Shown: positions 27,898-37,361 of the stretch, one piece after another
How positions within the stretch are numbered: position 1 is the stretch's first letter
How the letters are laid out: each line of letters begins with the position of its first letter
IMG/VR virus record: IMGVR_UViG_3300047483_000490
Coordinates: 15,636 to 79,635 of that record
DNA length: 64,000 nt
From: a virus
Reading direction: 5' to 3' (one strand)
The notes under the pieces: model-generated
Seen by the model: the letters and a program-made list of their open reading frames with translations, nothing else
Databases searched by the model: none
What the model was told of the DNA's origin: nothing
Made by a program: the position numbers and the translations under genes

Positions 27898-28812
27898 ATG
27901 GAAAATTCAATTAAAGTAGGTTATGATTCTCAAACTGGTTTATATGTAGTTAAAACTATCTATAACAAAACTCTTATTGTTAACGGGAAACCATTAGTAG
28001 ATGCCTTGAGAGGTACTTCAAATGGAGCAGAGTTAGTTACAATTTCTGAGAAACCAGAAACTATCATATACAAAAATACTATTCGAAAGTTAATCGGTTA
28101 TGATAACACAGAAGACATGACTACGATTGGTTTAACTGAATATAATAAAATTCTTGAAAAGATCAATTCGACTCGAGAATATGATGAAGATTCTGAGCAA
28201 TATGATTATGCTACATTAGAAGATGAAGTATTTGCTGTACGTTTCTTTAGAACTTATAAAGCAATTTATGAAAGTGTTGAAGAGATTCATAACATGGAAA
28301 TCGAGATCATTGAATATCCAGTAAGTGCTTATAAGAACATTGTTCCATTACACTCAATGGATGCTAAACATATCCTTGAAACTAATTGTAAATTTACACC
28401 AAACAACAATGAATTATTCTTCGAAGTTTGTGCAAGTTATGGAATTGACAAGAGTAGAATCGATATTCCTACACATTCTGGTTTGAGATTTGTTAAAATC
28501 GGTGGTTCTTATGTTAGTGGAATGGAAGATTTCGATAAAACTGCAAGTCTTTCTATTATTTCAACTTACGAGAATTGTATCGACAGAATGAACGATAATC
28601 GTAAGAAATTAGAAGACTTAATTAGTTTTCATATTGCAAAACAATCTCAAAAGAAAGTAAGCGATGCAACCATTGGAAACTTATTGACTCAATTACAATA
28701 TTTGCAAAATTCAGTTAGAAGTTTAGATGTTAAAGCAAAAGAAGGTAATTCACAAAGATCAATTTTAACTAGAGTTGGTGAATTAATTAACACTTATAAA
28801 GAACAAGCGTAA
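27898..28812 (+). CDS. Hypothetical protein
   Basis: 304-aa ORF after class I promoter. Confidence 0.75.
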   Translation: MENSIKVGYDSQTGLYVVKTIYNKTLIVNGKPLVDALRGTSNGAELVTISEKPETIIYKNTIRKLIGYDNTEDMTTIGLTEYNKILEKINSTREYDEDSEQYDYATLEDEVFAVRFFRTYKAIYESVEEIHNMEIEIIEYPVSAYKNIVPLHSMDAKHILETNCKFTPNNNELFFEVCASYGIDKSRIDIPTHSGLRFVKIGGSYVSGMEDFDKTASLSIISTYENCIDRMNDNRKKLEDLISFHIAKQSQKKVSDATIGNLLTQLQYLQNSVRSLDVKAKEGNSQRSILTRVGELINTYKEQA

Positions 28813-29015
28813 TGAAAGTCATATTAATATTATTAGCTCTCGTTTTATTTTCATGTAAATCAGCAGAAGAATCGATCAAAGATTATAGCTACACAAACGA
28901 GTGGCATTTTGAAAATGGGCAAAGATATCAAGTTTATCAAACTAAAGGTGGAACTCAGTATGTTTTAGTCTTGAATAAAAGAGAATCAAAATTTATTAGA
29001 AAATACTTAAAATAA
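28812..29015 (+). CDS. Putative small lipoprotein
   Basis: LFSC lipobox. Confidence 0.65.
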   Translation: MKVILILLALVLFSCKSAEESIKDYSYTNEWHFENGQRYQVYQTKGGTQYVLVLNKRESKFIRKYLK

Positions 29016-29019
29016 GTAG

Positions 29020-29060
29020 CTAAATATTTTTTTATATCAAAAAGATTTGGTATATTTACA
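29020..29060 (+). promoter_or_regulatory. Class I promoter repeat
   Basis: Nearly identical to 29753..29818 through the ATG. Confidence 0.7.
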
Positions 29061-29083
29061 TATCTAATTAAAACAAAGAAATT

Positions 29084-29401
29084 ATGTTTCCATACAGTGC
29101 AATTATAGCGGCAAATCTTTTAAATAAAAAAGGAGGCCAAAGACAAGCAAATCAACCTAAGATTGATACATTAAACGAATATACATTATTAGCTCCTGAG
29201 CAATTTTATAATATACTTACTGCAAGAGCACGTGAAGCTGGTATCTGTGAAATGGCTGATATGATTTCAAATTGGCAAAACTTTGATTCTTTGTCAGATG
29301 TTAAGAAAAGATTGTTTTTGAATGAGTACGCTCCTCTTGATTGTTTAAAAGATAAACCAACTATAGTAGAACGAATTAAAGATTATTTTAAATCATTGTA
29401 A
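29084..29401 (+). CDS. Hypothetical protein
   Basis: ORF after promoter. Confidence 0.65.
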   Translation: MFPYSAIIAANLLNKKGGQRQANQPKIDTLNEYTLLAPEQFYNILTARAREAGICEMADMISNWQNFDSLSDVKKRLFLNEYAPLDCLKDKPTIVERIKDYFKSL

Positions 29402-29402
29402 T

Positions 29403-29741
29403 ATGAGAGTTGGTGTAATAGGCACAAGATACTTCAATGATTATGATTTGGTGTGCTCTACTCTCGATAAACTTAAAACTAGAGTAGATTGTATTGTAAG
29501 CGGTGGAGCTAAAGGCGCCGATTCTCTTGCTGAAAAATGGGCTAAATCTAATGAAATTAAAACAATCATTTATAAACCAGATTGGTCTTTAGGAAAGAGA
29601 GCAGCCGCACTTAGAAACATTAAAATCGTAGAGGCTAGCGATATAATAATTGCATTTTGGGATGGCATTTCCAAGGGAACCAAAATGACAATGGACATGG
29701 CCAAAAATGCTGAAAAACCAGTATTTTGTATTAAATATTAA
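29403..29741 (+). CDS. SLOG family protein (DUF2493/YspA-like)
   Basis: VIGTR.F.DY; SGGAKGAD; RN..IV; AFWDG.SKGT. Confidence 0.85.
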   Translation: MRVGVIGTRYFNDYDLVCSTLDKLKTRVDCIVSGGAKGADSLAEKWAKSNEIKTIIYKPDWSLGKRAAALRNIKIVEASDIIIAFWDGISKGTKMTMDMAKNAEKPVFCIKY

Positions 29742-29751
29742 AAATAATCGC

Positions 29752-29792
29752 TTAAATATTTTTTTATATCAAAAGTATTTTGTATATTTACA
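29752..29792 (+). promoter_or_regulatory. Class I promoter repeat
   Basis: Motif match. Confidence 0.7.
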
Positions 29793-29815
29793 TATCTAAT
29801 TAAAACAAAGAAATT

Positions 29816-30154
29816 ATGAACACATCAATTAAATTATTTTTTGCATTAATCGCAGCTTTAATCATTGCAGCAATTTATGTTAATGTTAAAGCTTACAACC
29901 ACGTCGAAACTCATACTGTAAAAGTAGAAGGTAAAGAACGTATCACAGAACAAACTGGAAAAACAATTACGTCATTCTATGTTGTATATACTGATAAAGG
30001 TACATTCAAATTAGAAGATGATATGTTACGTGGTAACTATTATTCAAGTGATGTATATGGAAAACTTAAACAAGATTCTACGTATACAATCAAAACTTCA
30101 GGTTACCGCATTGGATGGGCAAGCGAATATCCTAACATTATAGAAGTTAAGTAA
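29816..30154 (+). CDS. Secreted or membrane-anchored phage protein
   Basis: Signal helix; V..KER...VYTD...GYRI....YPNI. Confidence 0.7.
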   Translation: MNTSIKLFFALIAALIIAAIYVNVKAYNHVETHTVKVEGKERITEQTGKTITSFYVVYTDKGTFKLEDDMLRGNYYSSDVYGKLKQDSTYTIKTSGYRIGWASEYPNIIEVK

Positions 30155-30408
30155 TGTTAAGTCCAGCAAAATACGTAATCGTTGATGGATGTGCAATCAT
30201 ATTCTCAGCAGCGATCCAACACAAAGATATGGTTGGTTACAATGAAAAAGCAACAGGTGCAGGATTCGTAAGATTTACAACAGAAGTTGATAGTTACGGA
30301 GAAACCATCATCAAAGTAATTGCTTATGGTAAATCAATTTCTTTAGGAATCGAATCACAAGAAGATGATTCAAGAATATTAACAAGTCAAATCACTAATA
30401 CTTATTAA
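30154..30408 (+). CDS. Hypothetical protein
   Basis: TAATG-coupled ORF; AGF...YGKSISLG. Confidence 0.7.
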   Translation: MLSPAKYVIVDGCAIIFSAAIQHKDMVGYNEKATGAGFVRFTTEVDSYGETIIKVIAYGKSISLGIESQEDDSRILTSQITNTY

Positions 30409-30409
30409 G

Positions 30410-30814
30410 ATGAAAAAACATTATTTCGAATTAGACAAAATAGAGTCAATTACTCTAACACATGAAACAGAAACATCATATAGATGGATGGATTCAATTC
30501 CAGCTCGTCCTAAAACATTCTTAGGATTTAAATATGGCATGGAACCTGAAATTCCAGCAGGTTGGAATGACTACATCAGAGAAGATGGTACAGATCGATA
30601 TCCATGGGACAGAAAAACTTCAGAGTATTTTGAAGAGTATGAGTGGCTCAAAGTATTACCATTTCGTATTCGTAACAAAGCGAATGTTTCTATTTATTTA
30701 AGTTACAAGCATAATTTACGAATGTACTTTGATTCAAATGAAGCAGCTCAGACATATGTTGATGATTTAATCTTAGGCTCAGACAAAAAATTTCACGTAA
30801 TCATAAACAAATAA
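30410..30814 (+). CDS. Hypothetical protein
   Basis: ORF track. Confidence 0.7.
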   Translation: MKKHYFELDKIESITLTHETETSYRWMDSIPARPKTFLGFKYGMEPEIPAGWNDYIREDGTDRYPWDRKTSEYFEEYEWLKVLPFRIRNKANVSIYLSYKHNLRMYFDSNEAAQTYVDDLILGSDKKFHVIINK

Positions 30815-30939
30815 AATTATGAAACACTTTTCAATAGCATTAATTTACATTACATTCTTTAGTTTAATCGGATTTGCATGTTATTTTACAAAGTCCGGAT
30901 GGCCATTATGGGCATTAGTATTTACACCAACATATTCAA

Positions 30940-31236
30940 ATGAAGATGACGAATAAAAACGAATTCTTAGAAATTGATGGTTTATATTTTGAGTCTGAAA
31001 CGCACGAGTGGTTTCACGACAAAATCTCTACACAATATGCTCAAAGTGATAATGGTCTTAATAAAGATGCTTTAAAGAATATTTTTTGCTTTGTTACAAG
31101 AAATAAAGAAACTGGAGAATATGATAGGGTAATGATGGACTCCAAAACCAATGAGGTTATATTTGACACAAAAGAATTAGAAATTATGGGTTTTGAAATT
31201 GACAGACTAAAGGTAATGAAACGATTTAAAATATAA
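30940..31236 (+). CDS. Hypothetical protein
   Basis: ORF track. Confidence 0.65.
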   Translation: MKMTNKNEFLEIDGLYFESETHEWFHDKISTQYAQSDNGLNKDALKNIFCFVTRNKETGEYDRVMMDSKTNEVIFDTKELEIMGFEIDRLKVMKRFKI

Positions 31237-31239
31237 GTT

Positions 31240-31650
31240 ATGAAAGACGTACTAGAATGGATGAAAAGTCCAGCAGGCCAAAAATCAATGGAAGAATACT
31301 TTGAGAAGCTTGCCAAAAAGGACGCCATTGAAAGAGCAAGAGCCCAAAGAATTAAAGATCATTTTACTAATGCTAAAGAATTTGATCAGATAATGCAAAG
31401 AGTTCTTAAAAAGCAAGAGATTTATGATGCACGTCATTATAAGACTTATTCTGAAAGACCTTTACACGTTACTAATTTGTTATGGGAACTTGCATCGAGT
31501 GAAGGAAATGAAATTGATCCAATTGATGGCTTGACTGAAAGCTTTCCTTCAGGGATCTATGATTACTTTGGTTATCAATTTGCAATCACACATGGCCAAG
31601 GAAGTGTATTAAGTATTTACAAAAACAAAGAATGTATTTATAGAAGTTAA
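31240..31650 (+). CDS. Hypothetical protein
   Basis: ORF track. Confidence 0.7.
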   Translation: MKDVLEWMKSPAGQKSMEEYFEKLAKKDAIERARAQRIKDHFTNAKEFDQIMQRVLKKQEIYDARHYKTYSERPLHVTNLLWELASSEGNEIDPIDGLTESFPSGIYDYFGYQFAITHGQGSVLSIYKNKECIYRS

Positions 31651-31652
31651 TT

Positions 31653-32087
31653 ATGGCATCATTTTTAGACAAAAAGTTAGATTTTAAACCAGCAATTGAA
31701 GCTCTTAAAAGAGTGCTTGGTATTTTATTTCCATTCAGTGCTTTTATAAAAAGCAAGAATGACACGTATCACGTCGGAACCATATACAATACCAAACATG
31801 GACATCCAGTGACTATAAGATCTGAAAAGATAATGTCACAATACGAAAGAATGTATGGTAAGATTGACTCTCAATTTGCGTTAGACACTGTGAAGATGGG
31901 AATCAAACGAGAAATCTGTGATGAAATCATGAGAAGCGATCTATTCGAATGGTCAATTGAAGATACCGCAATGGGAACTAGAGTTGCTGCAAGAGTATCG
32001 GTTTTAAATTTTAATTCAGAAAATACGAATGGAACTTCAGGAAATGCTGGAAATCTAGGAACTTCTGGAGGTCGATCATATTATTAA
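31653..32087 (+). CDS. Hypothetical protein with short GTSG tail
   Basis: ORF track. Confidence 0.65.
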   Translation: MASFLDKKLDFKPAIEALKRVLGILFPFSAFIKSKNDTYHVGTIYNTKHGHPVTIRSEKIMSQYERMYGKIDSQFALDTVKMGIKREICDEIMRSDLFEWSIEDTAMGTRVAARVSVLNFNSENTNGTSGNAGNLGTSGGRSYY

Positions 32088-32098
32088 AAATAATTAAC

Positions 32099-32138
32099 AT
32101 TATATTTTTTTATCTCAAAACTTTTGTGTATATTTACA
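32099..32138 (+). promoter_or_regulatory. Class I promoter repeat
   Basis: TATTTTTTTATCTCAA...GTATATTTAC. Confidence 0.65.
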
Positions 32139-32159
32139 TATAATTAAAAACAACATATC

Positions 32160-33035
32160 ATGATACAGAAATTAAACTTAGTTGACTTAGAAAATTCAGA
32201 TATTAAATATAAAATCTCTAGATTTCCAGATGGACAACAATCAATCACATTAGATATGGTTGATGCAGATTTACCTAACAAAATTACAGTAAGTATTACA
32301 AGTAGGTTAAATTCATTTAAGGATTTAGAAATTATTATCTCAGCTAATCAAGCACTAAGAGAATTCTCTTATGTTGAAAACGTTAAGTTAAATGTGCCTT
32401 ATTTCTTAGGAGCACGTTCTGATCGTAAATTTGAAGCTGGCACTAGTAACTATCTTAAAACAGTTATTTGCCCAATCATCAATGCACAAAACTTTTCAAG
32501 AGTGACAGTCTTAGATCCTCACTCAGATGTGTTAGAAGCTTGTTTGAATAACTATCACAAGCATAATAACCATCGTTTAGTTAAAGATGCTTTAACAAAG
32601 ATCGATAACAAAGATGGAGCACAAAGTCGAATCTGTCTAGTAAGCCCAGACGCAGGCGCTTATAAAAAGATCTTTGATGTTGCTAAAGAATTTAAGATTG
32701 ATAATATTATCACAGCTTCTAAAGTACGAGATATTAAAACCAGTAAGATTCTTAGAACTGAGATTCCAACATTAGACCAACACAACGATATAAAATACGC
32801 AATCATAGATGATATTTGTGATGGTGGTAGAACTTTCATTGAATTAGCAAAGGCTATTAAAGGAAGCAGACCAACGGCTAAAGTTTATTTAATCGTAACG
32901 CATGGTATTTTTAGTGCTGGTTTCAAAGAATTAGCTCAGCATTTTGAAGGTATTTACACTACAAATTCTTATAGAGATGTTGCTGATAATGAATACGAAG
33001 AAAAAACAAACACAACAACATTTAACATATTCTAA
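32160..33035 (+). CDS. prs: Ribose-phosphate pyrophosphokinase family (phage type)
   Basis: FPDGQ, PYFLGARSDR, DPHS, VSPDAGA.KK, IIDDICDGGRTF, VTHGIFS. Confidence 0.9.
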   Translation: MIQKLNLVDLENSDIKYKISRFPDGQQSITLDMVDADLPNKITVSITSRLNSFKDLEIIISANQALREFSYVENVKLNVPYFLGARSDRKFEAGTSNYLKTVICPIINAQNFSRVTVLDPHSDVLEACLNNYHKHNNHRLVKDALTKIDNKDGAQSRICLVSPDAGAYKKIFDVAKEFKIDNIITASKVRDIKTSKILRTEIPTLDQHNDIKYAIIDDICDGGRTFIELAKAIKGSRPTAKVYLIVTHGIFSAGFKELAQHFEGIYTTNSYRDVADNEYEEKTNTTTFNIF

Positions 33036-33247
33036 TGTACACGATAGATTCATTAGCCACGTTAGGCTTCGTTGTAGAAATTGGTTTAGATCAAACAAGT
33101 GCTCCAAAATATGCATTCGACATATACAAATATGAACACTTTGGAAATTACGAATTGATTCAAGTCAGAGAATGGTATTTATATCGAACATGGCAAGAAG
33201 CGTTTGAAGCAGCAGTAGAAGAATTAAAATTTTTAAAATTAATATAA
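33035..33247 (+). CDS. Hypothetical protein
   Basis: TAATG-coupled ORF. Confidence 0.6.
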   Translation: MYTIDSLATLGFVVEIGLDQTSAPKYAFDIYKYEHFGNYELIQVREWYLYRTWQEAFEAAVEELKFLKLI

Positions 33248-33384
33248 GATGAGTAAAGAAAATCAAATCAAAACGGAAATAGTAGACAGAGTAGTCCTGG
33301 TACAAGATCCAATTTTAGGCTCAAGATATGAGTTGCAATCAGTAGAAGTTCGCGTAGAAGAATCTACAGAAACTGAATCAACCG

Positions 33385-33900
33385 ATGACGAGCAGTAGAA
33401 CTTATAGAATGATGGGACTAGTCCCGTATAACATAAGTCCAATTCAACAAGGCATTCAATTCGGCCATGCTGTTGTTGAATATGGATTAGAATTTGGAAA
33501 TACCACAGAATACCAAAAATGGGCAAAAGAAGACAAAACTTTTATCATTTTAAATGGAGGTACAACAAACAAAAGTTATAACATCGATAACGGTAATCAT
33601 CTTGGTTCATTAAACAACCACAGACAATTATTGCATGATGAAGGTGTTCAATTCAGTAGTTTTTTTGAACCAGATTTAGGTGACCAATTAACTGCGGTAG
33701 TTTTCTTAGTTGATGATCGAGTATGGGACAAAAAGCTTTGGCCAGATTGGGACGGTGGAGATATTACAGAAGATAAAATGGGCGGCAGATGTATTGGCGA
33801 ACAATATCACGATTGGCTGATGAAATTCAGCGTCGTAGAAAGAGAATCACAAAGAATTGTATTCTTAAGAGAGTTTTTAAAACAATTTAGATTAGCATAA
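33385..33900 (+). CDS. Peptidyl-tRNA hydrolase type 2-like phage protein
   Basis: GIQFGHA; KT.I.L.GG; F.EPDL...LTA. Confidence 0.65.
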   Translation: MTSSRTYRMMGLVPYNISPIQQGIQFGHAVVEYGLEFGNTTEYQKWAKEDKTFIILNGGTTNKSYNIDNGNHLGSLNNHRQLLHDEGVQFSSFFEPDLGDQLTAVVFLVDDRVWDKKLWPDWDGGDITEDKMGGRCIGEQYHDWLMKFSVVERESQRIVFLREFLKQFRLA

Positions 33901-33901
33901 G

Positions 33902-34375
33902 ATGTATCAAGAAATAGAAGGTGATTTAATTGCGCTAGCAAAACAGGGCATGTTTGACGTAATTACACATGGTTGTAATTGTATGTCAAATATGGGAGCT
34001 GGAATAGCTCCACAAATGGCAAAAGCATTTGGAGTTGACCAATATCCGCTTGAATCATTTACTCGTAAGGGTGACATTAACAAACTAGGGCAAATAGAAT
34101 GGCTTATTGAAAGAGATGGAGCAATACCATTTGTTGTTAATTCATACACTCAATTTAGTTATGGTAAGAATCATGCTGATGGAGTTTCAAAACCATTAGA
34201 CTACGAAGCATTGACTCTTTGTATGCGTAAAATCAATCATAGATTTAGTGGTAAGCATATTGGATTGCCAAAGATTGGAGCAGGATTAGCAGGTGGAGAT
34301 TGGAACAGAATTAAGAAGATTATTCAAACAGAGTTAAAGGACATGAAAGTGTCAGTAGTAATTTATAAACAATAA
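33902..34375 (+). CDS. Macro domain protein (ADP-ribose binding/hydrolase)
   Basis: EGDL; HGCNC..NMGAGIA; LPKIGAGLAGGDW. Confidence 0.92.
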   Translation: MYQEIEGDLIALAKQGMFDVITHGCNCMSNMGAGIAPQMAKAFGVDQYPLESFTRKGDINKLGQIEWLIERDGAIPFVVNSYTQFSYGKNHADGVSKPLDYEALTLCMRKINHRFSGKHIGLPKIGAGLAGGDWNRIKKIIQTELKDMKVSVVIYKQ

Positions 34376-34532
34376 GGATGAAAGCATATAAAGCAATAGC
34401 ACCTTTATGGTTAGGTTTTTCTTTGGCACATTTTGGCCATATAACATTCATGACTTGGCAATTTTATGCCATTACGGTTCCATTTTTTGTAATAGCAGTA
34501 GTAACCGGGTTTATTCAAAGAGACGAAGAATA

Positions 34533-35066
34533 ATGAGTCAAACAGAATTTCACACAGGAAAACTTTATCCGGTTAAAATTGAGAAAAGTTTAGAAGAAAC
34601 TTGTAGAGCTATCGCAGTTCGTAGACATATCGAATTAGGCGAAGATTGGCAAGAAGATTTTAGAGATGCCTTTGATGAATATAAAGGTAAAATCGGAAGC
34701 GTTCAAGACGAAGAGTATTTTATTCATGGTGAGAATCTTTACAGAGTCATTGACCATGAAGAATGTTCTGATGAAGAATACTTCATGAAACTTAACAGAA
34801 ATAGTGATGGAAGTCTTTCATTTATAGGACAATTCTATAATGGTGGTACTTGCTTCGCTGAAATGTTAGAAGAAGCATTAGATGAATTGAAACCAATGTA
34901 TATTGAACAGATTAAAATTGAAGTTGAAAAACCATTAATTGATGAATCCATAACAATGGAAAGTGATAGTGGCTTTAAAACATATGAAGTAACATTTATT
35001 CAGCATACATTCAAAAAGAATGGAGAATTTAAGTGGATCATGGTAACAGGAATTAGAAAAAATTAA
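34533..35066 (+). CDS. Hypothetical protein (start probably MSQTEFHTGKL)
   Basis: TAATG coupling to a small upstream hydrophobic ORF starting at 34378. Confidence 0.65.
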   Translation: MSQTEFHTGKLYPVKIEKSLEETCRAIAVRRHIELGEDWQEDFRDAFDEYKGKIGSVQDEEYFIHGENLYRVIDHEECSDEEYFMKLNRNSDGSLSFIGQFYNGGTCFAEMLEEALDELKPMYIEQIKIEVEKPLIDESITMESDSGFKTYEVTFIQHTFKKNGEFKWIMVTGIRKN

Positions 35067-35071
35067 ATAAT

Positions 35072-35560
35072 ATGAATTGGATTAAAAGATTATTCGGAAT
35101 TAAAGAAGTAGAAGAAAATGTAAATGCTTCTATTCCTTATACAGAGTTTGCGATTGCAAAACAAAAACGTATAAGAGAAATCGTAGAAGCAGAGCGCATT
35201 CGTCGCGATGAAATCTATGAACGTTCCCTTAAAAAAGCTAGAGAAGATGAATCGAGTTTCTTAACTTCGATGGCAGCTGCTGCAGTTACAGATTCTACAG
35301 TCGTCGGAGCCTTAGTTGGTGGAGATATTTTTGGAGCAATTGTCGGAGATGCTATGAGTAAAGATGCCTCGAATTTAAACTCAGATTCTTCAGATTCTGG
35401 ATTTGATGGAGGATTTGGAGGTGGTGATTTCTCTGGTGGAGGTTCTGGCGGAAGCTGGGATGATAGCTCTTCAAGTAGTTCAGATTCATATGATTCGTCG
35501 AGTTCTTATGACTCAGGCTCTTCATATGACTCGAGTGGTTCAAGTTCAAGCGATTGGTAA
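35072..35560 (+). CDS. Hypothetical protein with Gly/Ser/Asp low-complexity tail
   Basis: GGFGGGDFSGGGSGGSW followed by poly-Ser. Confidence 0.75.
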   Translation: MNWIKRLFGIKEVEENVNASIPYTEFAIAKQKRIREIVEAERIRRDEIYERSLKKAREDESSFLTSMAAAAVTDSTVVGALVGGDIFGAIVGDAMSKDASNLNSDSSDSGFDGGFGGGDFSGGGSGGSWDDSSSSSSDSYDSSSSYDSGSSYDSSGSSSSDW

Positions 35561-35562
35561 TC

Positions 35563-35805
35563 ATGAAGCTTAGAGAGAAATTTGAACCATTTACTTATTT
35601 TTGTGATGGTAACAATTCAATGGAAAGGCAATATCAAAGAGAAGATAATGCAGTAGAGTGTGAAAAAGTCGCAGATGAATTTGCAATAGGTTTTGCAGAA
35701 TGGCTTCAGTCAAGTGCATCAGATACTTTAATATCAACATTTAATGGTAAATGGATTGGAATTAAAGCAGTTTTAGAAATATACAAAAAAGAAAAGGGAT
35801 TATGA
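35563..35805 (+). CDS. Hypothetical protein
   Basis: ORF track; ATG start at 35563. Confidence 0.6.
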   Translation: MKLREKFEPFTYFCDGNNSMERQYQREDNAVECEKVADEFAIGFAEWLQSSASDTLISTFNGKWIGIKAVLEIYKKEKGL

Positions 35806-35999
35806 AAAACATTCCAATTGAAACATTAAGAGAATTATTCATTAGTTATCAATCTCAGTTTTACAATGAAAATGAAATGTATTCTTTAATTGAGCAATCA
35901 GATCAGAATAGAGCTATTATAGCAGGTGATTATGATGAACATATAATGGAAACGTTTACAATTAAAAATGGTGGTTTAACCAAAAAAGAAATAAAATGA
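35802..35999 (+). CDS. Hypothetical protein
   Basis: ATGA overlaps on both sides. Confidence 0.6.
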   Translation: MKNIPIETLRELFISYQSQFYNENEMYSLIEQSDQNRAIIAGDYDEHIMETFTIKNGGLTKKEIK

Positions 36000-36453
36000 C
36001 AATCAGAGAACAAATAAACGCAGATTTTATAACTGCGATGAAAGTAAAGGATGAAACTGCAAAATCTACGTTAAGTAGCATTAAAGCAGCAATTACAAAT
36101 GCTGAAAAGAATAATGGCACATGGGTTGCAACAAACGAAGAGGTTATTAAAATCATTAATAAAGGAATCAAGCAACGTGAGGAATCTATTAAAATGTATG
36201 ATTTGGCAAATAGACCTGAATTGGTTGCCAAAGAACAGGATGAAATTAGCATCTTGAAAAAATACATGCCTGCGCAGATGAGCGAACAAGAAATTACGTT
36301 AGCACTTAAAGAACTTCTACGGGGTTTTTGGTGACTATTAAAAATCCACAAGCTCTTGTTGGTAAAACTATTGGAGAATTCAATAAGAAATATCAAGGAC
36401 GTGCAGATATCGGAACAGTTAAAATGATTGTTAACCAATTAGTAGAAATGTAA
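35996..36453 (+). pseudogene. GatB/YqeY domain protein interrupted by a -1 frameshift near 36315-36330
   Basis: AMK.KD...IKAAI.N; KQREESI..Y..ANR.EL...E..EI..L.KYMP; C-terminal LVGKTIGEFNKKYQGRAD...VK continues in the -1 frame to TAA 36453. Confidence 0.8.
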
Positions 36454-36595
36454 TATGGAAGTAATATTAATATCGGTTGGAGCTTTATGCATTACATTTA
36501 TTTTAGTTGCTTTTAGTCACGTAAGTCATCATGAAAAAATAGATGCAACTAAATTAAAACGCTTATACAAGCGTAAAAAAAATAAAAAATAATTG

Positions 36596-36636
36596 CTTAA
36601 ATATTTTTTTATATCAAAAGTATTTTGTATATTTAC
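36596..36636 (+). promoter_or_regulatory. Class I promoter repeat
   Basis: Motif match. Confidence 0.7.
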
Positions 36637-36658
36637 AGAGTAATTAAAAGATAAAACT

Positions 36659-37000
36659 ATGACAAAGACACAAGCACTTAGATTAATTGAAGTAACTAGC
36701 CAAATTCAAGCAAATAATGGTACAGTATGTTATCATGATCCATTGACTAATGTAGATTACATGAGTTATGAAAGTGGTTATGTCCGTCGTAAATATTCAA
36801 CACGTTCTTGGAGAACCGGTAAAAAATTATTTACAATTTATCAGTTAAATAAAACCAGAATGGTTAAACATGAATTAACTTGGTTTCCTGGTAAATTCGT
36901 AGAGTGTACAGAACGTATCTTAGAAATGGATCCAGAAAAACGCATGGATATTATTTGTCGTGCAACTGTAAACTATCGTAAAACTTTAAGTATAAAATAA
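36659..37000 (+). CDS. Hypothetical protein
   Basis: ORF after promoter. Confidence 0.7.
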   Translation: MTKTQALRLIEVTSQIQANNGTVCYHDPLTNVDYMSYESGYVRRKYSTRSWRTGKKLFTIYQLNKTRMVKHELTWFPGKFVECTERILEMDPEKRMDIICRATVNYRKTLSIK

Positions 37001-37001
37001 C

Positions 37002-37361
37002 ATGAAGAACATAATCCAACATGACACATTAGGTCAAATTCAAGTCTTACTTGAAATAGAAAGAGCTGAAGATTATAAAGGTACAGGTAAAAGAGTAGCT
37101 TTAGTAAAGTGTTTTATGAAGCCCGTTGAAGATCGATGGAGTGATAAATTTAAGTACTTTGAATTAAAACAATGGAGATCTGGTCAAATAAAACCAGAAT
37201 ACTATTTACTTTGGGGTAATACTGAAGATTTAAATCAAAGAGGTATTACACATATCAAGACTCCATCTGGTAGAGCAGTTTCTGAAAAATCAGCTTTAAA
37301 AAGATTGCACGAAGCTCACAAAGCCATGGAATTTATAACCTTTAAAACAATTCACGATTAA
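37002..37361 (+). CDS. Hypothetical protein
   Basis: ORF track. Confidence 0.7.
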   Translation: MKNIIQHDTLGQIQVLLEIERAEDYKGTGKRVALVKCFMKPVEDRWSDKFKYFELKQWRSGQIKPEYYLLWGNTEDLNQRGITHIKTPSGRAVSEKSALKRLHEAHKAMEFITFKTIHD

